The notes under the pieces: model-generated
The model's input: the letters and a program-made list of their open reading frames with translations, nothing else
Told to the model about the DNA's origin: nothing
Databases searched by the model: none
Part shown: one piece after another, positions 57,886 to 64,000 of the stretch
How the letters are laid out: the number at the start of each line of letters is the position of its first letter
Numbering within the stretch: position 1 is the stretch's first letter
Source of the DNA: Candidatus Geohabitans tengchongensis
GTDB taxonomy: Bacteria; Sysuimicrobiota; Sysuimicrobiia; Sysuimicrobiales; Humicultoraceae
Length of the DNA stretch: 64,000 nt
Direction of reading: 5' to 3'
Assembly (NCBI GenBank): GCA_031459625.1
Contig: JAVKIH010000009.1
Span: 22,339-86,338, forward strand
Position numbers and translations under genes: made by a program

Positions 57886-59091
57886 ATGGTGCCAAAGTCC
57901 GCAGGGAGACGCCCTGCCCTGGTCGGACGCTCGACCGGCGCCGCATCGAGGGAGGCCGCGTACCCAGCTGCCCACCAAGAGGATCAGGCCATCTCCTTCC
58001 GGCTGCTCTTCGAGCACAACCCCCTGCCCATGTGGGTGTACGACCTCGAGACCCTGCGGTTCCTGGAGGTCAATGCGGCAGCCCAGGCCCACTAGGGGTA
58101 CTCCCGTGAAGAGTTCCTCGCCCGTCGGATCTCCGACATCCGGCCGGCTGAGGATGTCCCGCGGCTGCTGGCGGACATTGCGCAGCCGCGGCCGGCCCTC
58201 CAGCGCTCCGGGGAGTGGCGACATCAGACCAAAGACGGGCGCATCATCGACGTCCTGATCGTCTCCCACACGTTGCGGTTCGCCGGACGCCCGGCCGCCC
58301 TGGTGGTCGCCTATGACATCACCGAGCGCAAGCGGGCCGAGACGGCGCTCCGCGCCCTCACCCAGGAGCTGGAGCGGCGGGTCCAGGAGCGCACCGCGCA
58401 GCTGGAGGCGGCCAACCGCGAGCTGGAGGCGTTCAGCTACTCCGTGGCCCACGACCTTCGCGCCCCGCTCCGCAGCATCGACGGCTTCAGCCAGGCCCTG
58501 CTGGACGACTACGGCGCGGCCCTGGACGAGAACGCCCAGGACTACCTCCGGCGCGTGCGCCAGGCCAGCCAGCGGATGGCCCAGCTCATCGACGACCTGC
58601 TGGAGCTCTCGCGGATCACGCGCGCGGTTATGCGCGAGGAGCGCGTCGACCTCTCCCACCTGGCGGAGCACATCCTGCAGGAGCTCCGGCACCGCGATCC
58701 CCACCGGGCCGTGGACACGACCGTAGCCCCCGGCCTGGTGGTGACGGGAGACACGCGCCTGTTGCGGGTCGCCCTCGTGAACCTTCTGGAGAATGCCTGG
58801 AAGTTCACCACCCCCCGCCACCCGGCCCGGATCGAGGTGGGCGCATGGACCACCGCCAGCGGGCCGGTTTTCTTCGTCCGAGACAACGGCGTCGGGTTTG
58901 AGATGGCGTACGCCGACAAGCTCTTTGCGCCGTTCCAGCGCCTCCACAAGGCGAGCGAGTTTCCGGGGACGGGCATCGGGCTGGCCACGGTGCAGCGGAT
59001 CATCCACCGCCATGGAGGTCGCATCTGGGCGGAGGCGGCGGTGGAAGCGGGCGCGACGTTTTTCTTCACGATCCCGGCGAGGGGTTCATAG
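57886..59091 (+). pseudogene. PAS-domain sensor histidine kinase with in-frame TAG at 58093-58095; start uncertain
   Basis: ORFs 57883..58095 and 58273..59091 are in one frame; PAS reads LEVNAAAQAH*GYSREEFL; H-box FSYSVAHDLRAPL, N/G1/F/G2 boxes intact. Confidence 0.8.
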
Positions 59092-59101
59092 GAGGCGGGC
59101 G

Positions 59102-59533
59102 ATGGACGAACGGACGATCTTGCTGGTGGAGGACAACCCGGACGACGTGGCCCTGACCCTGCGCGCCCTACGGGGGCACCACATTGCCAACCGGGTCGTG
59201 GTGGCCGAAGACGGAGCCGAGGCGCTGGCCTACCTCTTCCAGGAGCGGGGCTCGGCGCAGGACGCCCTCCCGGCGGTCGTCCTGTTGGACCTGAAGCTCC
59301 CGAAGGTCGACGGGCTGGAGGTGCTGCGCCGCCTCCGGGCCGACGAGCGGACGAAGTGGCTCCCCGCGGTCATCCTCACCTCCTCCCGGGAGGAGCAGGA
59401 CCTGGTCGCCGGGTACGTGCTTGGCGCCAACAGCTACGTGCGCAAGCCCGTCGACTTCATGCAGTTCGCCGAGGCCGTCCGGCAGCTCGGCCTGTACTGG
59501 CTGGTCCTCAACGAGCCTCCGCCCTCCCCATGA
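59102..59533 (+). CDS. Single-domain response regulator (Rcp1-like)
   Basis: ILLVEDNPDD, LLDLKLPKVDG, LTSS, GANSYVRKP. Confidence 0.93.
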   Translation: MDERTILLVEDNPDDVALTLRALRGHHIANRVVVAEDGAEALAYLFQERGSAQDALPAVVLLDLKLPKVDGLEVLRRLRADERTKWLPAVILTSSREEQDLVAGYVLGANSYVRKPVDFMQFAEAVRQLGLYWLVLNEPPPSP

Positions 59534-61995
59534 GGCCCACCGCGGCGCGGGACCCGGCGGCGCCGCCGACACCGCTACGCGTCCTGATCGTCGAGGACAA
59601 CCAGGACGACGCGCTCCTGCTGGTCCGCCAGCTGCAGCAGGCGGGCTACGTCCCATCCTGGCGGCGCGTGGAGACCGCCGGAGCCCTCGCCGACGCGCTG
59701 CAGGAGGCGGCCTGGGACCTCGTCCTCTGCGACTTCACCATGCCGCAGTTCACGGCGGTGGACGCGCTCCGCCTGCTCCAGGAGCGCGAGGTGGACCTTC
59801 CCTTCCTCATCGTGTCGGGTACGGTGGGCGAGGATGTGGCCGTCGAGGCGATGAAGGCTGGCGCCCACGACTACATCATGAAGGGGCACCTCGCCCGCCT
59901 GGCACCGGCGGTGGCACGGGAGCTGCGCGATGCCGAGGTCCGGCGGGAGCGCCGACGGGTCGAGGAAGAGCTGCGCAAGCTCTCCCGGGCCGTGGAGCAG
60001 GGTCCGGGCATCGTCGTCATCACCGACCCGCTCGAGCGCATCGAGTACGTGAACCCCAGGTTCACCGCGGTCACCGGCTTCACGCCGGAGGACGTCCTCG
60101 GCATGCCTGTCCACCGGCTGGCCGACCCCGTCGTACCGGAGCAGCAAGAGGCCCGCCTCGCCACCTTGCGGGGCGGCGGGACCTGGCAGGGGGAGCTCCA
60201 TGCCTACCGCAAGGACGGCACGCGCTACTGGGAACTGGCCACGGTCTCGCCCATCCGCGACGGGCGGGGCCGGATCACGCACTACGTCAAGGTGGCCGAG
60301 GACATCACCGAGCGTAAGCGGGTCGAGGCGGCGCTGCGTGAGGCCGACCAGCGCGCCATCCGGGAGTACCGGCAGCTCCTGGAGCGCCTGGCCGATCTGG
60401 AACAGCGGGTCGGGACGGCGCACGAGCTCCGGCAGGTCTTCCGCGCCGTGCGTGACTTCGTGGCCTCCTCCGTGCCGTTCGATCGGCTCGCCGTCTACCT
60501 GGACGACCCCACGGGAGCGCATCGCACCTGCGTCTATGCTGCAGCCGCTGAGGGCGAGGAGCAGCCCGGCCAGCCGCCGGCCGTGGTGGATAGCGCGTCG
60601 CGGGCTCGTGAAGCCCTGCTGGAGCCCGAGCTGGCCGGCCCAGGCGGGGTCCCCGACGCGGGGCACCTCGTCGACGAGACCATCGAAGGGCAGGGAGCAC
60701 CCCAGGCGGAGGCACCGGCGATGCTCGTGGTGCCGCTCGCAGTGATGGGCCGCACCATCGGGGCCCTGGAAGTGCAGGGCACTGGCCCGGCGCCCTACCT
60801 CCCGGAGCACGTCGTGGCCGTCCAGGTGGCCGCCAGCGTGGCCGCCATCGCCATCGAGAACGTCCAGCTCCTCGACCGTGAGCGCCGGCTGCGGGAGCAG
60901 GCCGAGCGCCGGGTGCAGCGGCTGGGGGCCCTGCGGGCCATCGAGATGGCCATCGGCAGCAGTCTGGACGTGCGCGTCACGCTCAACGTCATCCTCGACC
61001 AGGTGACGCTGCAGCTGGGCGTGGACGCGGCCTGCGTCTTGCTGCTCGCCCGGACACAAACGCTCAGGTTCGCCGCCGCCCGGGGATTCCGCACGACGGC
61101 CCTGCAGCGCACCCACCTGCGGTTGGGCGAAGGGTATGCCGGCCAGGCGGCCCTCGAGCGCCGGCGGATCGAGGTGAGCGACCTCCGCATGCACCCGGGC
61201 GCGTTCACCCGCTCGCGGCTCTTTCCGCAAGAGGAGTTTGTCGCCTACATGGCCGTGCCCCTGGTGGCCAAGGGGCAGGTGAAAGGGGTGCTGGAGCTCT
61301 TCCACCGCTCCCCGCTCGCCCCGGAGGAGGAGTGGCTGGACTTCCTGGACGCGGTGGCGATGCAGGCGGCCATCGCCATCGACCACGTCGCGCTCTTCGA
61401 CGACCTGCAGCGATCGAACGTCAACCTGACGCTGGCGTACGACACCACCCTGGAAGGGTGGTCACGGGCGCTGGACCTCCGCGACAGGGAGACCCAAGGC
61501 CACACGCAGCGCGTCGCCGAGCTGTGCGTTCGGTTGGGCCAGGCCGCGGGTCTGGGTGAGGAGGACCTGATCCACCTGCGTCGCGGCGCGCTGCTCCACG
61601 ACATCGGCAAGATGGGCGTCCCCGACGCGATCCTGCACAAACCCGGCCCGCTGACCGATGCCGAGTGGGCGGTCATGCGCCAGCATCCCGTCTATGCCTA
61701 CGAGCTGCTCGCGCCCATCGACTTCCTGCGCCCGGCACTGGACGTCTCCTACTGCCACCATGAGCGGTGGGATGGGAGCGGCTACCCGCGCGGCCTGCGG
61801 GGTGAGGCCATCCCGCTGGCTGCCCGCATCTTCGCGGTGGTGGATGTGTGGGACGCCCTGACGTCGGAACGCCCGTACCGTCCGGCGTGGAGCCGCGAGG
61901 AGGCGCTGGCCTACATCCGCGAGCAGGCCGGGCGGTTGTTCGACCCGCGCATCGCCCGGATCTTCGTCGACCTGGTCGAGCGGGGGGACGCCTGA
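59530..61995 (+). CDS. REC-PAS-GAF-GAF-HD-GYP cyclic-dinucleotide phosphodiesterase
   Basis: VLIVEDN receiver, PAS (EYVNP.F...TG), two GAF-like segments, LHDIGK and HHERWDGSGYP. Confidence 0.92.
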   Translation: MRPTAARDPAAPPTPLRVLIVEDNQDDALLLVRQLQQAGYVPSWRRVETAGALADALQEAAWDLVLCDFTMPQFTAVDALRLLQEREVDLPFLIVSGTVGEDVAVEAMKAGAHDYIMKGHLARLAPAVARELRDAEVRRERRRVEEELRKLSRAVEQGPGIVVITDPLERIEYVNPRFTAVTGFTPEDVLGMPVHRLADPVVPEQQEARLATLRGGGTWQGELHAYRKDGTRYWELATVSPIRDGRGRITHYVKVAEDITERKRVEAALREADQRAIREYRQLLERLADLEQRVGTAHELRQVFRAVRDFVASSVPFDRLAVYLDDPTGAHRTCVYAAAAEGEEQPGQPPAVVDSASRAREALLEPELAGPGGVPDAGHLVDETIEGQGAPQAEAPAMLVVPLAVMGRTIGALEVQGTGPAPYLPEHVVAVQVAASVAAIAIENVQLLDRERRLREQAERRVQRLGALRAIEMAIGSSLDVRVTLNVILDQVTLQLGVDAACVLLLARTQTLRFAAARGFRTTALQRTHLRLGEGYAGQAALERRRIEVSDLRMHPGAFTRSRLFPQEEFVAYMAVPLVAKGQVKGVLELFHRSPLAPEEEWLDFLDAVAMQAAIAIDHVALFDDLQRSNVNLTLAYDTTLEGWSRALDLRDRETQGHTQRVAELCVRLGQAAGLGEEDLIHLRRGALLHDIGKMGVPDAILHKPGPLTDAEWAVMRQHPVYAYELLAPIDFLRPALDVSYCHHERWDGSGYPRGLRGEAIPLAARIFAVVDVWDALTSERPYRPAWSREEALAYIREQAGRLFDPRIARIFVDLVERGDA

Positions 61996-62088
61996 CCCGT
62001 CAGGGGGAAGGTCTCCCGGCCCGCTCAGGATCAGGCCGGCGGCCCCTGACTAAACCCCTCCCCCGGGCGGGCAGTTTCCTGTGACGGC

Positions 62089-64000
62089 ATGCGAGTCGCC
62101 CCTCTCCTCCTCGTCGCCGGCCTGGCGGCAGCGGCCGCGGCAGGGCCTGCCCGTGCGGTCCCGGCGGTTGCGCGTGCGCCCGCGGCGGCCGCGCAGCAGC
62201 CCGCGGCGGCCGCGCAGGAGCCCGCAGCGGCCCCGCGCCTGCCCGCCGGTCTCCCGCGGGAGCTCGCCGGGGTCACCGTCCTCGTCGACCGCGTGGGCGG
62301 CCGCGTCGACTGGTCGCACGCCACCGGCCTCATCGCCGCAGGGATCGTGGGGCGGGACGGCTACGCCGACATCGAGCTGCTCCGCCCCGACGGCACCCGC
62401 CTGGCCTGCCTCACCTGCGGCCACCCGCAGGTCCCCCAGCAGCACAACGACCTCCCCGCCTGGCACCCCTCGGGGGAGTACATCCTCTTCCAGTCCCAGG
62501 ACCCCGCGCTCGACCTCCCCGTCGGCGAGCGGCTGGAGGCATACCTCACCCAGGGCGGGGCCGGGCTGAACCACAACCTGTGGCTCATCACCCGGGACGG
62601 CCGCCGGGCCTGGCAGCTCACACGCGTCCGCGCGGGCGAGGCCAGCCTCCACCCGCACCTCAGCCCCGACGGGCGCACCGTCTTCTGGGCGGCGCGCGTC
62701 CAGGAGGGGCGGCGCAAGGTCTGGGCCCTGCGGCTGGCCGACCTGGTGCTGGACGGCCGCGAGGCCCGCCTGGTCAACGTGCGCACGCTGCGCCCGCGCG
62801 GCGACCCCCAGACCTTCTACGAGAGCCACGGCTTTACGCCCGACGGCCGCACGGTGATCTTCTCGGCGAGCATCGGCCGCGCCCACCCCTTCGACCTGGA
62901 CGTCTGGACGATGGACCTGCGCACGGGGCGGCTGCGGAACCTGACCGACACGCCGGGGGAGTGGGACGAGCACGCCCAGATCTCGCCGGACGGCCGCACC
63001 ATCGTGTGGATGACCGACCGCGGCTACCCGGTGCCGGTGCGGGACTTCTCCCGCTACGGCGCCGCCCTGCGCACCGACTACTGGCTGATGGACGCCGACG
63101 GCGGCCGCCAGCGCCGGCTGACCTTCTTCAACGAGCGCGGTGCCCCGGAGGACGCGGGGGGCCGCACCATCGTGGCCGACAGCTCGTGGAACCGTGCGGG
63201 GAATGCGCTGGTGGCCACCATGATCGTCTTCGCCGGCGGGCAGCCCGAGCGGCGCATCGTCCGCCTCGACCTGGCGCTCAGGGGCGCGGGCGTCGCGCCC
63301 CACCGACCGGCCACCCCGGGGGGTGGAACGCCGGAGCCCACGGTCCAGGAACGGCAGTGCATGGCCAGTGGCTGGAACCGTGTGGTGCTCCCGGTGGCCG
63401 GTCTGCAGCGCACCCTGTTCTGGCGGGGACCCGACGGGCCCTGGACCAGGGGAGCCGTCATCGTGTTGCACGGCGGCGGCGGCGAGCACACCCACTTCTG
63501 CGTGGCCAGTCCCCCCATCGTCGCGCCGCAGGTGCGGTGGGCCGAGCGGGCCTTGGCGCAGGGCTTTGCCGTGTTCGCGCTCAACTCCTCGGATCGGGTG
63601 ACCGACAGCCAGGGGCGCGTCTGCGGCAAGGTGTGGGACGACGAGGTGCGGGAGCGTCCGAACCTCGACCTGCCCTTCATCGGCGAGGTCATCCGGGCCG
63701 TGATCCCCCAGACGCGGCCCGCCGGCAGCCGGACCGAGGTCTTCCTCACCGGCCTCTCGTCCGGCGGCTACATGACGACGCGCGCCGCCACGCACTTCGA
63801 CGGGCTGGTGACCGCCTTTGCGCCGGTCTCGAGCGGGGACCCCTACGGCTGGCACCGAATCTGTGAGCCGGGCCTGACCCCGCGCACCGTCGTGCACGGG
63901 GCGGGGTTCGACAACGAGACGGGCAAGCAGATCATCGAGCCGGGTGCCTGCCAGGCCGAGCGGTACCCCAACGAAAAGCCCTGGGAGAGCATGAACCCGC
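62089..64000 (+). CDS. Secreted TolB/PD40 beta-propeller fused to alpha/beta-hydrolase (esterase); 3' truncated, absent from ORF track
   Basis: Frame open from ATG 62089 to window end: signal MRVAPLLLVAGLAAAAAAGPARA, repeats WHPSG/SPDGR/TPDGR, then VLHGGGG and GLSSGG. Confidence 0.85.
   Translation, partial: MRVAPLLLVAGLAAAAAAGPARAVPAVARAPAAAAQQPAAAAQEPAAAPRLPAGLPRELAGVTVLVDRVGGRVDWSHATGLIAAGIVGRDGYADIELLRPDGTRLACLTCGHPQVPQQHNDLPAWHPSGEYILFQSQDPALDLPVGERLEAYLTQGGAGLNHNLWLITRDGRRAWQLTRVRAGEASLHPHLSPDGRTVFWAARVQEGRRKVWALRLADLVLDGREARLVNVRTLRPRGDPQTFYESHGFTPDGRTVIFSASIGRAHPFDLDVWTMDLRTGRLRNLTDTPGEWDEHAQISPDGRTIVWMTDRGYPVPVRDFSRYGAALRTDYWLMDADGGRQRRLTFFNERGAPEDAGGRTIVADSSWNRAGNALVATMIVFAGGQPERRIVRLDLALRGAGVAPHRPATPGGGTPEPTVQERQCMASGWNRVVLPVAGLQRTLFWRGPDGPWTRGAVIVLHGGGGEHTHFCVASPPIVAPQVRWAERALAQGFAVFALNSSDRVTDSQGRVCGKVWDDEVRERPNLDLPFIGEVIRAVIPQTRPAGSRTEVFLTGLSSGGYMTTRAATHFDGLVTAFAPVSSGDPYGWHRICEPGLTPRTVVHGAGFDNETGKQIIEPGACQAERYPNEKPWESMNP
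62179..62232 (+). repeat. 21-bp coding tandem repeat (PAAAAQQ/PAAAAQE/PAA)
   Basis: cccgcggcggccgcgcagcag, cccgcggcggccgcgcaggag, partial cccgcagcggcc. Confidence 0.7.

Noticed and set aside
58093..58095. Pyrrolysine or genome-wide TAG recoding
   Set aside because: TAG is the normal stop for many genes here (e.g. 1162, 9225, 14661), the site aligns with Tyr, and no pyl genes are visible.

Overview
Very GC-rich bacterial chromosomal window, almost fully coding. I found no rRNA, tRNA, CRISPR array, integrase or IS element. About 55 kb are catabolic/uptake operons: (1) 1-12625 (+): two M20 peptidase-like paralogs with remodelled metal sites, DUF3891, a three-subunit xanthine dehydrogenase/CoxLMS-family molybdenum hydroxylase, a cysteine-less hydantoin-racemase homolog and a Liv-type ABC importer; (2) acs, a DinB-family gene and a FAD oxidoreductase; (3) 16836-25570 (-): two LLM oxidoreductases, M24 peptidase, threonine-synthase-like PLP enzyme, DppABC-like transporter and a HutC-type GntR; (4) 25865-33601 (+): DapA-family aldolase, a lower-GC PotABCD-type ABC system, enolase-superfamily enzyme, deacetylase-like protein and SDR; (5) 33877-55687 (+): a 22 kb run headed by an orphan dipicolinate synthase subunit A homolog, with four SsuA/THI5-type binding proteins, five permeases, three ATPases, two DoeA/creatinase-like M24 hydrolases, two M20 hydrolases, an aminotransferase, FCD-GntR, an orphan SdhA/NadB-family flavoprotein and an orphan PxpA. 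Blocks 4 and 5 are each preceded by a near-identical ~45 bp AT-rich element. The last 8 kb carry an inactive rhomboid-like gene, an RHH-DUF5678-like + retropepsin two-gene module with a perfect inverted-repeat operator, a PAS histidine kinase interrupted by an in-frame TAG, its response regulator, an HD-GYP protein and a secreted beta-propeller/esterase fusion running off the end. Several single-base indels in short homopolymers suggest assembly errors. All family calls are from motif recognition by eye, not database searches.
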